Source: Rhodospirillaceae bacterium (GTDB lineage Bacteria; Pseudomonadota; Alphaproteobacteria; UBA7985). Taken from it: a stretch of DNA of 64,000 nt. Both the position numbers and the translations under genes were made by a program. Positions 51,236-64,000 of the stretch are shown piece after piece. The stretch lies in contig JAYQIC010000003.1 in assembly GCA_038141425.1 (NCBI GenBank), forward strand, positions 151,175-215,174, written 5' to 3'. Under the pieces are notes generated by a model. It saw only the letters and a program-made list of their open reading frames with translations, was not told the origin of the DNA and ran no database searches. Every line of letters starts with the position of its first letter. Position 1 is the stretch's first letter.

Positions 51236-53369
51236 TTGGCGCCTACGTCCCGGCAAATGACGGATCGATTGAGTGATGCACTGGCCGCTCTATTCGTGGT
51301 GTTTGTATTGTTGTTCGCCGGACAGGGACCGCTCCAGGAGTTTGTACGGTGGATCATTCCGCTGCTGTCAGGGGAGTGGGAAGAACTCAGCCGCCGAGAC
51401 CAGCGCGCCGCGCTTAAGAGCGGGCTGATCGGCGGTGCCTTTCAGTGGATGAAGATCAATTTCTACTCCAAGACGGCTGTTTTCCTCGGGATGCCGCTGC
51501 TGTTCTCGCTGATCATCGTCGCGCTGCGATTCAGCCGCAAGTCGGGGGAGAGCCAGCCGTTTCTGCGCTGGAGCCTTGCCGGGATGAGCCTGCTGCTGCT
51601 GGGCTACTGGTTCGTCACCGTTTACGCCCGTGACCCGCAGTTGATCTGGGAACCGGAGCGGATCGATTTCCTGATCTTTCCGTTTGTGACGCTGCTGATC
51701 CTGTACTTCACGCTGCGTGAGTATGGCTCGTTCATCGTCGGCTTCTCGGTGTTCTGGCTGCTGTATCTGTTCTTCCGGGGCTTTGTGCCCGAGTGGGTGC
51801 CGGTCTTCGGCAGTGGTTCCGACGACACCATTGGGCAGAACTACTCCTTCATTGTCCAGGCCGGGTGGATCGACACCGGTGGGATCTTTGGGGCGCCGCT
51901 GCAGATTGTTGCGGGAAAGGTCCTGATCTTCATCGTTTTCGGCTCGGTGCTCATGGCCAGTGGCGCAGGCGACCTGCTGCTCAAGATCGCCAACCGACTG
52001 ACCGGCGGTATGATCGGCGGCGCGGCCCACGCAGCCGTCGCGAGTTCCGCCATGTTCGGCACACTGTCCGGTGCGGCGGTCTCCAACGTTGTCTCCACCG
52101 GTGTTCTGACCATTCCGGTGATCAAGAAATCTGGTTTCAAGCCTTCGTTTGCTGGCGCGGTTGAGGCCGCCGCCTCGACCGGTGGGCAGATCATGCCGCC
52201 AGTGATGGGGGTGGTTGCCTTCTTCGTCGCAGCCGAAGTGGGGCTCGACTACCGCTTTATCATGATCGCGGCCATCACGCCGGCGGCCTTCTACTACATC
52301 GGCGTGTTTCTGACCGTGTACTTCGAGGCGCGGAAGAGCGGTATCGGGCCGCTGCCCGCCGCCGAGCGGCCGCACCTGAACCGCCGCGAGTACATCCAGA
52401 CCCTCGTCTTTATCGTGCCGCTGGCCGTGCTCAGCTACTACCTGCTGACCCAGCCATCGATCCCCAAAGCAGGCTTCTACGGCTTCATCGCTGCCATCGT
52501 GATGTCGGTGCTGCTGTTCCCCCGCTTCCGGACTTGGAAGGGCTTTACACGGCCTTCGTCGAGGCCGGTGTCATGTCGGCAAAGATCATCATCATCGTTG
52601 CCATGATCGGCCTGATCATCGGTCTGATGAGTTACTCGGGCTTCACCACGCGGCTGGCGCAGGAGCTGACGGCCATGGCCGACGGCCCGCTGTTCCTCGT
52701 GATGCTGGTGATCGCGCTCGGTGCCATTGTCCTCGGCATGGGACTGCCGCCCGGTGCAACCTACTTCATCATCGTGATCGCGCTGTCTTCGGGCATCGAT
52801 GCGGTATCGGTGCCGCCGCTGTCGCTGCACCTGTTCGTCGTGTTTTTCGCCGTGATGAGCACGGTGACGCCGCCGGTGGCACTGGCGGCCTTTGCCGCCG
52901 CGCCCATCGCCAAGGCCGATCCGATCCGGACAGGGTGGCAGGCTTCGCGGCTGTCGATCGCCGGTTTCCTGATCCCCTTCATCTTCATCTACCATCCGGC
53001 TGTTCTCTACAAGCTGCAGGCGGTCTTCGTCTGGCTGGGGGACAAGCCGATCCGCCACAAGGCGATGGTGGATCTCAGTACCGTGTCCTGGCTTGATTAC
53101 GGCTGGATCGTTCTGGCCTTTATCATTTCAATCTGGCTGATTTCTTCAGCCCTTATCGGGTTCGAACGCAATCGGCTCTATGCGCTGGAGCGCGTTGCCC
53201 GCCTTGTCATCGGGTTTGCGCTGCTGGTCCCCAACTACTGGATCAGTCTGCCAGCACTCGGGATCGCGATTGTCCTCATCGTCGGACATCGCTTCTTGGG
53301 GGCACGCCCCCAGCTTCGATCGTGTCGAAGCAAAGCAGTCAGTTTAACGCAATCATTCTGGGAGGATAA
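51236..53369 (+). CDS. TRAP transporter fused permease (TAXI-associated 4TM/12TM type). Frame broken near 52540 and probably near 53300. Start (51161, 51236 or 51258) and stop (53347 or 53369) are uncertain
   Basis: ORFs 51140-52606 and 52534-onward join (TWKG-LYTAFVEAG). Many TM helices. Read-through into the TAXI gene in the ORF track follows a G5/C5 homopolymer pair at ~53295-53310. A TTG at 51236 lies 5 nt after GGGAGG. Confidence 0.7.
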
Positions 53370-53370
53370 A

Positions 53371-54345
53371 ATGCGTAAATTGCTAATCGCTACGGCGGCT
53401 GTCCTGGCATCGTCCACGGCTGTCCATGCTGAAACCCTGAAAATGGCCACGCTGCCGGCAAACCTTATGCCTGCCATCGTGATGGCCACCTTTGCCAACA
53501 TCGTCTCCAGCAACCTCGATGATATCGACATCGAAGTGGCGGCTGGTGGTGCTGCGACCGCTCATATGATGGAAGTCGGCCGAGGCAACATCGAAATGTC
53601 CATGAGTGCGCCAACGGTTTGGTTCCTCATGAAGAACGGCAAAGCCATGTACGCCAACCAGGAAGAAGCACCTGCGCTGGCTGACAACGTGCAGCTGCTC
53701 ATGTGGTACCCCTACGGTCAGTACAGCTTCACCGTTCGTGCTGACAGCGACATCCAGACCCTCGACGACCTCGAAGGCGCCAGCGTCTTCCTCGGCCCGA
53801 CGGGTGGTGGCGCATGGAACGCAGCCTACGCTTACGTCAAGGGCACCACTGGCCTTGACGCGAAGGAAGGCGACTTTGAAGCCATCGACGCAAACTGGGT
53901 AACCGGCTACCAGGCTTTCCTCGATGGTGCCGTCGACATGTACGTTGGTGGTTGTATCCACCCTTGTGGTGCTTTCCTGCAGATTACCGAAACCGAAGAA
54001 ATTCGCTTCGTTGGTCCTGCGGATGACACCGGTGAGGCCGTTGACAAGGCACTGGGTAAGTACCGCTACCGTGACACCATCCCGACCGGTCTGTACTCCG
54101 GTCAGATGAACGATACCCCGGTTCAGACCTTCAACACGGCCGTTGGTATCGTTGTGAACGCAGACGTTCCTGAAGATACGGTCTACCGCATCACCAAGGC
54201 GTTCTGGGAGAATGTTGATAGCGTAACCTCGACCGCACCTTGGGCCGCATCGCTCGACCCAGAGTTCGGCGGCACGCTGCAGGGTTCCGGCATCTCGCTG
54301 CACCCTGGCGCTATGAAGTACTACAAGGAGATCGGCGTCCAGTAA
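53371..54345 (+). CDS. TRAP transporter solute receptor, TAXI family
   Basis: ATG at 53371 after GGAGGA. Signal peptide MRKLLIATAAVLASSTAVHA. TAXI-like pattern and size (~324 aa). T-ending codon bias. Confidence 0.85.
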   Translation: MRKLLIATAAVLASSTAVHAETLKMATLPANLMPAIVMATFANIVSSNLDDIDIEVAAGGAATAHMMEVGRGNIEMSMSAPTVWFLMKNGKAMYANQEEAPALADNVQLLMWYPYGQYSFTVRADSDIQTLDDLEGASVFLGPTGGGAWNAAYAYVKGTTGLDAKEGDFEAIDANWVTGYQAFLDGAVDMYVGGCIHPCGAFLQITETEEIRFVGPADDTGEAVDKALGKYRYRDTIPTGLYSGQMNDTPVQTFNTAVGIVVNADVPEDTVYRITKAFWENVDSVTSTAPWAASLDPEFGGTLQGSGISLHPGAMKYYKEIGVQ

Positions 54346-54376
54346 GGGATGGCCTTTCTCTTTTACGAAGCAAAAA

Positions 54377-54405
54377 GGGTCGTTGCGCAGTGACGGCCCT
54401 TTTTT
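54377..54405 (+). terminator. Rho-independent terminator after the TAXI receptor gene
   Basis: GGGTCGT-loop-ACGGCCC 7-bp stem (one G-U pair), flanked by an A-tract upstream and TTTTTT (54400-54405) downstream. Confidence 0.65.
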
Positions 54406-54475
54406 CTCTCCGTAACCCATTCATTCAAATTCAACCTTTCTTTCACCCGAACCAATTGCCGTCAGAGGCCTGAAC

Positions 54476-55650
54476 ATGCTTTCGCTCTTTGTCATCGTGC
54501 TATGGCTTGTCGTTGCCCTTGAGTTGATCAAAGGGCTGAGCGCCAACGGCACCCCGCCGGTGCTGCAGAAGTTCTCCTGGCAGATGGATCTGGCCTACGC
54601 CATGTGGTCGTCGATCGGTATCATCCGGATCGTCGTCGCGATCGCACTGGTGGTCAGCTTCTTCTTTGTCCCCGGGGAGGCGCGGCTCGCCGCTGTGGTT
54701 TGGGCTGTGCCCGCGCTGGCGCTGTGGTGTGGCATCTACTGGCTGTTCAACCATTTTGGGTCGGGCGGGTGAAGTTCCCCCCCATCGGACAGAAGGTCTT
54801 CGCCGGGCAGGAAGACAACGCCCTCGACCTCGGGCTGCAGGTCATCGGGGTCGAACGCAACGGCGTCGCCAAGGCCTTTCCGGCCAACATGCTCTATTTT
54901 CATCACCAGATTCCTGACGACATCGACGGTCACCCGATCTGGGTGACCTACTGCGGTCTGTGCCGCAGCGGCCGGGTCTACGACCTCCGCGTTGACGGCA
55001 AGACGCTGACATTCTCACTCATCGGTGCGATCTCCTACAACGCCACCTTCCGCGACAACATCACCGGCAGCTGGTGGCGGCAGGAAACCGGGGAAGCCGC
55101 CAAAGGCCCCCTACGCGGTCGCGTTCTCGAAGACGTAGCCTTCGAGCAGATGACGCTGGGCAACTGGTTCGCCAAGTACCCGGACAGCAGGGTGCTCCAG
55201 TACGACCCTGCCTTTGTCGGGCCCTACACCTTCACCGCCAAGCTGCTGAGTTACGAGGCGAGTAAGCCCGCCTGGCACATGGTCGGCGATCCGCCATTGG
55301 TCCTCGGCGTGGTCATCGACGGAGCAGCCCACGCCTACGACTGGTCGCAGCTGAAGTCGCGCGGTCTGGTGAACGACAGCGTGGCAGGCACCGACCTGCT
55401 GGTGCTCACCGACCCTGAGCAGGTCTCCGGCGCGGTCTACGACCGGCATCTGGATGGCCGCAGCCTGAGCTTCGAGCGCGCCGAGGATGGCACGATCACC
55501 GACACTGAAACCGGCTCCGGTTGGGATCACTTCGGGCGCTGCACCAAGGGCAAGCTCAAGGGGGAGGCCCTGCAGCTGATCCAGAGCTATCAGCAGTACG
55601 TGCGCGGATGGATCACCTTCCACGCCCAGACCACCTTCTACGAATTCTGA
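54476..55650 (+). CDS. DUF3179-domain protein with an N-terminal 3-TM membrane anchor, one frame break near 54752 (T run)
   Basis: ORFs 54476-54772 and 54604-55650 join (LFNHF-WVGRVKF). The DUF3179-like core contains VTYCGLCRSGRVYD. Confidence 0.65.
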
Positions 55651-55674
55651 TTGGAATGCCGCACGAGGCCCGCC

Positions 55675-56210
55675 ATGGATGACTACCTCACCCCCGCCGA
55701 ACTCAAGGGCCGCGTGATCGAGCAGCGCGCCGCCCTGCGCCGCAATCTCGTCAACCGCCTGTTCCCGCCTCGGCAATGGCGTCCAGGCGCAATCCCAGCA
55801 GCTGCTCTCGCTGATCTCCGACCTCAGCCTCGTGCACTTCCGCATTCTGCTGCGGCTGAGCGAGGCCGGCACACAGAACGTGCAGGGCCTGTCCGAGCTG
55901 CTCGGCGCCAACCGCTCGCTGGTCAGCCGCGCCCTGCCGGACCTGCGCGAGAAGGGCCTGATCGATCTGGTCAAGAGCGAGACCGACAAGCGCCAGATTT
56001 TCGTCCGCCTGACCGAGGCAGGCAGCGCCATTGTCGAAGAACACCGCGCGCCGATCCGCGCCCGCGATCAGGCGATGCGCAGCGCCTTCCAAGCCTGAAG
56101 AATACGAACAACTGGTCGAGTACTTCGACCGCCTCGACGCCATCACCAGCGTCCCGGCCGCCGAATTCTTCCACGTACCCGACAGCTCAGACCACGGAGA
56201 TGACACATGA
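55675..56210 (+). CDS. MarR-family transcriptional regulator, frame broken near 55775 and near 56090
   Basis: The winged HTH core (ORF 55832-56098: FRILLRLSEAGTQNVQGLSELLGANRSLVSRALPDLREKGLI) joins the N-terminus MDDYLTPAELKG. The C-terminal tail ends at TGA 56208-56210. Confidence 0.7.
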
Positions 56211-56955
56211 GTCCTGCGACCACAGCTTCCCCCAAAACCGCGCTGGTCATCAGCGCCCACGCGGCCTGACTTCGTCTGGCGCTGCGGCGGGCCATCGCCC
56301 TGCACGCCGAGCTTGGCTACGCGGTCACCGTCGTGTGCCTGTCCTTCGGCGAGCGCGGAGAGAGCGCCAAGCTGTGGAAGCAGGAGGGCATGGACCTGCA
56401 GACCGTCAAGGACGCCCGCCGCAAGGAGGCCGAGGACGCCGCCAAGGCGCTGGGCGTGCACGATCTGGTGTGCATGGATCTGGGCGACTACCCGCTCGAG
56501 CTCAGCCGCGAGCACAAGAACGATCTGGTCGACGTCATCCGCCGGGTGCAGCCCGCGTTCATGATGAGCCACTCCAAGTACGACCCCTACAACACCGACC
56601 ACATGTACACCACGCAGGTCGCGCTCGAAGCCCGCATGATCGCGCAGGCCTGGGGCCACAACCCCGGTGAGAAGGTGCTCGGCGCGCCGCAGCTGTATCT
56701 GTTCGAACCCCACCAGACCGAGCAGATGGGCTGGAAGCCCGATACCTTCCTCGACATCACCCCGGTCTGGGACAAGAAGCGCGCGGCCATGGAGTGCATG
56801 GACGGGCAGGTCCACCTCTGGGACTTCTACGCCCGCGTCGCCCAGCAGCGCGCCAACCACTTCAAGCGCAACTCAGGCGGCATGTCCGGGGGCCGTGATT
56901 GCAAGTACGCCGAGGGCTTCGAGAGCATCTTCCCCGCACCGTCGACGAACTCTAG
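56207..56955 (+). CDS. galB: 4-oxalomesaconate hydratase, PIG-L/LmbE-fold type (GalB-like). Compensating frame breaks near 56266 and 56290, and one near 56935
   Basis: [53 protein letters not shown] (PIG-L fold). Adjacent to galC, galD and ligI. The ATG overlaps the MarR stop. Confidence 0.7.
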
Positions 56956-56975
56956 ACCGCAGGGAGCACCCAGCC

Positions 56976-57648
56976 ATGGCCAGCAACTCCATCGTCGTCC
57001 AGTCCATCGAGCGCACCGACCTCGCCACCGTCGACCAGCTCGCCGCGCTCGGCGTCTCGACCGTGCACGAGGCGCAAGGGCGCATCGGCTACCTCTCCAA
57101 CCAGCTGCGCCCGATCTACGCTGGCGCGCGCATCGCCGGCAACGCCGTCACGGTCAGCATCCCGCCCTGCGATAACTGGATGATCCACGTCGCGGTGGAG
57201 CAGTGCCAGCCCGGCGACATCCTCGTGGTCGCGCCGACCTCGCCCTCGGACGCGGGCTACTTCGGCGACCTGCTCGCCACATCGCTGATGAGCCGCGGCG
57301 TGCGCGGGCTGGTGATCGAAGCCGGGGTCCGCGATATCCGCGACCTGACCGAGATGGGCTTCCCGGTTTGGTCGCGCTACGTCTCCGCCACCGGCACGGT
57401 CAAGGAGACGCTGGGCAGCGTCAACGTCCCCGTCGTCTGCGGCGGGCAGGCGGTCAATCCCGGCGACGTTATCATCGCCGACGACGACGGCGTCTGCGTG
57501 GTCCGGCGCGAGGAAGCGGCGGCCGTCGCGGAGAAGGGGCAGGCGCGGGAAGCCAATGAAGAGGCCAAGCGCGCCCGTTTTGCCGCCGGTGAGCTGGGGC
57601 TGGATGTCTACGGCATGCGCGAGCGGCTGGCCGACAAGGGCCTGAAGT

Positions 57649-57656
<8 letters not shown>
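56976..57656 (+). CDS. galC: 4-carboxy-4-hydroxy-2-oxoadipate aldolase / oxaloacetate decarboxylase (RraA-like fold)
   Basis: ATG at 56976 after AGGGAG, 226 aa. RraA-like core ([31 protein letters not shown]) with the LigK/GalC-type C-terminal helix. Confidence 0.85.
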
Positions 57657-59711
<2,055 letters not shown>

Positions 59712-59780
59712 TGGGAAAAACACACTAAGCTAAGATCAGCCATTGGCGCTTCGATAGCCGCCGCACAATACCTGATGCCA

Positions 59781-60125
59781 CTAATCAACCTCGAAGGTAT
59801 GGTGGCGGAGGGTGACGGTCTCGAAAAACCGCTCGCAGAAGGCCGGGAGCATGGCGCGGGAGCGGTGGCGTGCGTCTGAGGCCATGGCGCGGTCTAGGTC
59901 GGTGTGGCTCTGGTAGTCGACTTGTAGGATCAGCGGCACGGACGGCCCGTCTTCACCCCTGGCACCGTTTCCATCTTCCGGTTCAGCGGCGTAGAGCACC
60001 CGCACCCGGTGCGCGCCGTCGAAGGCCCGCCACAGCGGCACCAGCTCGACTTCGACGAAGGCGCGCATGGCTGCGGTCTGGCCCGGTTTCACCGTCCCTT
60101 CGAAAATTGCCAGTTTGGTGATCAT
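59781..60125 (-). CDS. Small (~114-aa) protein, possibly an EthD/Dabb-like alpha+beta barrel
   Basis: MITKLAIFEGTVKPG start at 60125, 28 nt downstream of the ThDP-enzyme gene stop on the same strand. The family assignment is a weak impression only. Confidence 0.4.
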   Translation of the reverse strand: MITKLAIFEGTVKPGQTAAMRAFVEVELVPLWRAFDGAHRVRVLYAAEPEDGNGARGEDGPSVPLILQVDYQSHTDLDRAMASDARHRSRAMLPAFCERFFETVTLRHHTFEVD

Positions 60126-60155
60126 GGGTTTCCGGCCTCGCAAATAACCACGCCT

Positions 60156-61870
60156 TTAACAGTCTCCCCGGTGCTTGAAGCTGTCGCGGCGGAAGGAATA
60201 GAGCGCCTTGGGGTCGACCGCGACCTCGACCACCGCCGGGCGGTCTTCGGCCAGCGCCGCTTCGACTGCGCCGGCGACGTCTGACAGGCGGTCGGCCCGG
60301 TACCCCGCCGCGCCATACAGCTCGGCCAGCGCCGCGAAGTCGGGGGAGGTGATATCGGCGCCGATGTAGCGCTCCCCGAAGAAGTCGCGCTGGTAGGCCT
60401 TCTCCGCCCCCCACGAGCCGTTGTTCATCACCACGGTGACGGTGTTCAGGCCGTATTCGACCGCTGTCGAGAGTTCGGAGACGGTCATGCCGAAGCCGCC
60501 ATCGCCCATGAAGCTGACCACCGGGCGCTCGGGCCGGGCGGCCTTGATCCCCAGACCGGCGGCGAAGGAGAAGCCGACCAGCCCGAAGTCCAGCGGGGTG
60601 AACAGGCTGTGGGGCGCATGATAGTTGAGCGCGTCCGTCGCCTGCAGGCACAAAGTCCCGGCGTCCATGGTGATGGCCGCATCCTGCGGCAGCACCCTGC
60701 GCAGCGCCTTGAACAGGCCCGAGGGCTGGGTCGGGTGGCCCATGTCGGCGGCTGCGTCGCGCTGCTCGAGGTAGGCGCGGCGCTCGGCCTGAAAATCGCT
60801 GACCCAGCTGTCGGCGGCGGCGCGGTCGCCCAGCGTCTTCACGGCGTCGGTCAGCTGCGCGGCGGTGGGCGCATCGGCCCAGATACCCAGCTTGACCGGG
60901 AAGAAGCGGCCGATGGCCGTTGGTTCCAGCTCGACCTGGATGATCGCCGCCTCGCGGTTGATGTTGTCGTAGGAGTAGAAGGTGGAGTTGAAGCCCAGCC
61001 GCGTGCCCAGCGCCAGAATCACGTCGGCCTCGCGCACGAGGCGGGAGGCAACCGGGTTACCGCGCGGCCCCATCTGCCCGGCGACCAGCGGATGACCAAA
61101 GGGCAGGCCGTCGCCGTGCCCGGGCGCGCTAACCAGCGGGCAGCCCAGCGCCTCGGCCAGCGACAGCGCAGGCTCGTGTGCGCCGGGGTTCTTGATCCCG
61201 CCACCAGTGACGATTACCGGCTGGCGCGCGCCGGCCAGCATGCCAGCGGCGGTGCGGATGGCGTCGTCTGCGCCCGCCGGCAGGTGCAGGGGGCGGTACT
61301 GCTCGGGGTCTGGAAGGGCTCGAAGTCTGCCGACCCAGCGAGCACGTCGCGGGGCAGGTTGAGCTGCACCGGCCCGCGCCGGGGACTGAGCGCGGTGCGG
61401 AAGGCCTCGCGGAACAGCTCGGGCACGCGGTCGCTCGAGGGCGCGGTCCATGTCTTCTTGGTGACCGGGGTGAACAGCGCCTGCTGGTCCACCTCCTGAA
61501 ACGCGTCGCGGTAGACGTGCTGGGTCGAGAGCATCCCGGCGATGCTGACCACGGGAGAGTAGGCGGCCTTGGCCTGCGCCAGCCCGGTGGTCAGGTTGGT
61601 TGCGCCCGGGCCGTTCTGCCCGGCGAGGATGACCCCGGCCTCGCCCGAAACCCGGGCGTAGCCGTCGGCCATGTGGGTGCCGGTGCGCTCGTCCCGGACG
61701 CCGATGAATCGGATATCGCTGCTGGCCTCGTAGAGGCCGTCAAACAGCTCCATGGTCGCCGAGCCGATCAGCCCGAAGACGTGGCGCGTGCCCTCGGCCT
61801 GCAGCGCGGCGACGGCGGCCTGTCCGCCGGTGAGGGTGGTGGTGGTGGTTTTGGGGGTGCTGGAGCTCAC
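60156..61870 (-). CDS. Thiamine-diphosphate-dependent enzyme (acetolactate synthase / benzoylformate decarboxylase-like superfamily), one frame break near 61320
   Basis: ORFs 61214-61870 and 60156-61451 join. N-terminal Pyr domain (GLIGSATMELFD, GPGATNL). PP domain motif GDGGFGMTVSELSTAV..VVMNNGSWG. Confidence 0.8.
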
Positions 61871-62708
61871 AGCAGGGTCCTCTTCAGGAAATCAAGCGTG
61901 GGGGCGGCAAAGGCCTCGGGGTCTTCCATCAGGCCGAGGTGCTGCAGGGCAGGGACGATTTCGGTGCGGGCGCCGGGGATCTCGGCGGCGATGGCGTGGG
62001 CCATGGCCGGGGTCGAGCCGCTGTCGCGTTCGGCCGTCATCACCAGCGTCGGCGCGGTGATCGGGGTGGCGGGACGGACCAGCTCGGGCACGCCGCCCGC
62101 GAGCACCCACGCGGTCTGGGCGTAGCCCTCCAGATCGACCCGCTGCCGCCACTGCCGGACGAGATCGACGCGGCCGGGCTGGCTGGCGCGAAAGCCGGGG
62201 GTGAACCAGCGCTCGATGGCGGCGGGCAGGGTGCTCATCGTCCCCTGCGCGCGGACCTGCGCGGCGCGGTCTTCGACCAGCTTCTGGGCCTGCTCACCGC
62301 GGTCGTGGGGGCTGTTCCAGATCGCCAGCGCGCTAAGCCGGTCGGGGTGGTCGAGGGCAAAGCGGCGGTTGATCATGCCGCCGATGGAAAAACCGACCAG
62401 CGCCGCGCGCGCGATCCCCAGATGGTCGAGCAGCCCGGCGATCTGCTGGCTGTAGAGCGACAGCGTCGCCGTCTGCGGCGGCGGGCCGCTGTCGCCGTGA
62501 CCATAGAGGTCGTAGCTGATCAGGTCGAAGTGGGCGCTGAAGCCCGCGATCATGGGGTCGAACAGGCGCTGGCACAGCCCCAGCCCGTGGATCAGCACCA
62601 CCGCCGGGCGGTCTCCTTCGCGGGCCTCAGCGCTGGCGAACCGGCGCCGGTGTGGCGGATGAAGGCGGTGCCGTCGGGCGCGGCGGCTATGGCCGGGCTG
62701 TCGCTCAA
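61867..62708 (-). CDS. Alpha/beta-fold hydrolase (3-oxoadipate enol-lactonase-like), one frame break near 62610. TTG start inferred at 62708
   Basis: HGLG oxyanion motif (VLIHGLGLC), nucleophile elbow GFSIGG and a C-terminal His region (ALQHLGLMEDPEAF). Confidence 0.7.
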
Positions 62709-62718
62709 ACGCCCGCGC

Positions 62719-63315
62719 TCACACGCCCGCCGGGTTGTCGACGCTGCGGCCCATTTCTTCGAGGTCGCTGTAGCGGTTGCCGATGCGGTGGTTCGGGTGT
62801 CCGCCGATCGAAGCGCCGAGCGCGACCACGATCTCGTCATCCGCTGGAGCGTCGGGGATGGTCAGGTGGATGGTCTGGTAGTGGCTGCGCAGGCCGCCGT
62901 CGTCCTTGTGCATCAGCGGGATCATCATCGCCGTGCCCATGGCGCCGCGGGTGTTGGTGAAGGCGAGGTAGGACTTGGCGTTGATCGCCTCGCGGAACTG
63001 GTTGCCGAACCACAGGGTGTGGGTCAGGGCCTGGGCGTGCTCGACCTCACCGCCCGCGCCGACGTTGGAGGCCTTGCCGCAGCCTTCGAGCCGGTCGCCG
63101 GTGATCTCCAGCAGCATGCGCGTCAGCAGCTCACCCAGCACCGGGCCGTGCTCGCGGATCTCGGGCTGCAGGTCGGCGACGTAGCCCCGGCCGAACCAGG
63201 GATTGCGGATGACGGCGAGGGCTGCGACCAGCCGGGTCGGGGCCTCGAGCGTGAAGCCGCCCTCGATGAAGGTGTCCTGGACGTGGGTCAGGGTGCGGCG
63301 GATTTCGACGGCCAT
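62719..63315 (-). CDS. 'Amino acid synthesis' family protein (DUF1185 / AA_synth)
   Basis: Intact 198-aa ORF. Family-typical motifs as I remember them: AALAVIRNPWFGR, GKASNVGAGGEVEHAQAL, LRSHYQT, IPDAPADDEIVVAL. Confidence 0.75.
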   Translation of the reverse strand: MAVEIRRTLTHVQDTFIEGGFTLEAPTRLVAALAVIRNPWFGRGYVADLQPEIREHGPVLGELLTRMLLEITGDRLEGCGKASNVGAGGEVEHAQALTHTLWFGNQFREAINAKSYLAFTNTRGAMGTAMMIPLMHKDDGGLRSHYQTIHLTIPDAPADDEIVVALGASIGGHPNHRIGNRYSDLEEMGRSVDNPAGV

Positions 63316-63353
63316 GGGCGGGCGTCCTCTCGGTCAGTGGCGGAAGGGGCGGG

Positions 63354-64000
63354 TCAGGCGAACTGCGGCATGACCCGATCGATGAATGTGGCCAGCGAGC
63401 GCTTCTGCTGCGCCATGTCCAGCCCCATGGAGGCGTAGTAGATGAAGGCGTCGACGCCAAGATCCTGATAGGCGCCGAGCTTGTCGACGATCTGATCCGG
63501 GGTGCCGAACATCAGATTTTCTTCGAGTGTGTCGGGGTCGTAACGCATGTTGCCGTCCAGCTCCTCGACCGGGACCGGCTCGGGGAAGCCGTTGACCACG
63601 TCGCCCTTCTTCTGCATCAGGTTGCCGAACTGGCCCAGCACGTGGCGCAGGGCGCCGAGCGCGGACTGCCGGTCGGCTTCGGTCTCGTAGACCGAGGTAT
63701 GGCGCATCATTGCAAAGGTGCCGCTGTAGCCGCCCCCGGCCTTGTCGATGGCTGCGTCGAGCTGCTGGCGGTATTTCTTGGCTTCGGCCATGGGTAGGGT
63801 CAGCGGCCAGCTCATGATATGGGCGTCATTGGCGACGGCGTAGTCGAAGGTGATGGGCGAGCGCGCGGCGACCCACAGCGGCACCTCGTCCTGCAGCGGC
63901 TTGGGGCAGGAGGTCGCCTTGGGGAACTGCCAGAAGCGGCCGTTGTGCTCGACATCACCCTGCCAAAGCTGCCGGATCAGGGGCAGGGCTTCCTGCATGT
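63354..64000 (-). CDS. Luciferase-like (LLM class) flavin-dependent oxidoreductase; partial, N-terminus lies beyond the window edge
   Basis: The C-terminal 214 aa are visible (FWQFPKATSCPKPLQ..PLWVAA). The ORF is open at the window end. Confidence 0.7.
   Translation of the reverse strand, partial: MQEALPLIRQLWQGDVEHNGRFWQFPKATSCPKPLQDEVPLWVAARSPITFDYAVANDAHIMSWPLTLPMAEAKKYRQQLDAAIDKAGGGYSGTFAMMRHTSVYETEADRQSALGALRHVLGQFGNLMQKKGDVVNGFPEPVPVEELDGNMRYDPDTLEENLMFGTPDQIVDKLGAYQDLGVDAFIYYASMGLDMAQQKRSLATFIDRVMPQFA

Overview
This is a high-GC segment that looks chromosomal and probably alphaproteobacterial (Rhodobacterales-like); the taxonomy is inference only. It is almost entirely transport and catabolic operons. 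In order: (1) a tripartite tricarboxylate system, tctA (with an extra C-terminal membrane domain) and tctC, divergent from tctD/tctE. (2) A LacI-regulated CUT1-type sugar ABC operon carrying a heavily damaged GH63-like hydrolase. (3) An acyltransferase-3 gene. (4) A large myo-inositol (iol) catabolic locus: iolJ-like aldolase, iolB, a pfkB kinase, iolC, iolG, an RpiR-type regulator, a Gfo/Idh/MocA oxidoreductase, iolE and iolD. It has its own ABC importer, a second iolB paralog and a PhyH-family dioxygenase. (5) The most interesting part, about 30.5-36.0 kb. One ~1070-codon gene encodes two cyclic-nucleotide-binding domains, an unassigned region, a BFD-like [2Fe-2S] motif, an FNR-type FAD/NAD(P) reductase and a C-terminal nitric oxide synthase oxygenase domain. 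It is flanked by a membrane-anchored hypothetical protein, a Dps-like ferritin and a DDAH/amidinotransferase-family enzyme. (6) A Dpp-type ABC importer followed by a ThDP enzyme, an MDR dehydrogenase, a dimethylglycine/sarcosine-dehydrogenase-like enzyme and hydantoinase/oxoprolinase A and B subunits. (7) A TRAP-TAXI transporter, a DUF3179 membrane protein, and MarR plus galB-galC(ligK)-galD(ligU)-ligI, the lower gallate/protocatechuate 4,5-cleavage pathway. (8) A minus-strand cluster: small alpha+beta protein, ThDP enzyme, alpha/beta hydrolase, DUF1185 'amino acid synthesis' protein and a partial luciferase-like monooxygenase. I saw no rRNA, tRNA, CRISPR array, transposase or integrase. Important caveat: roughly 50 reading frames are interrupted by apparent single-nucleotide indels, mostly in G or C homopolymer runs. 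Many ORFs in the supplied track are therefore fragments or artificial fusions. Gene spans below are my reconstructions across those breaks, and break coordinates are approximate.
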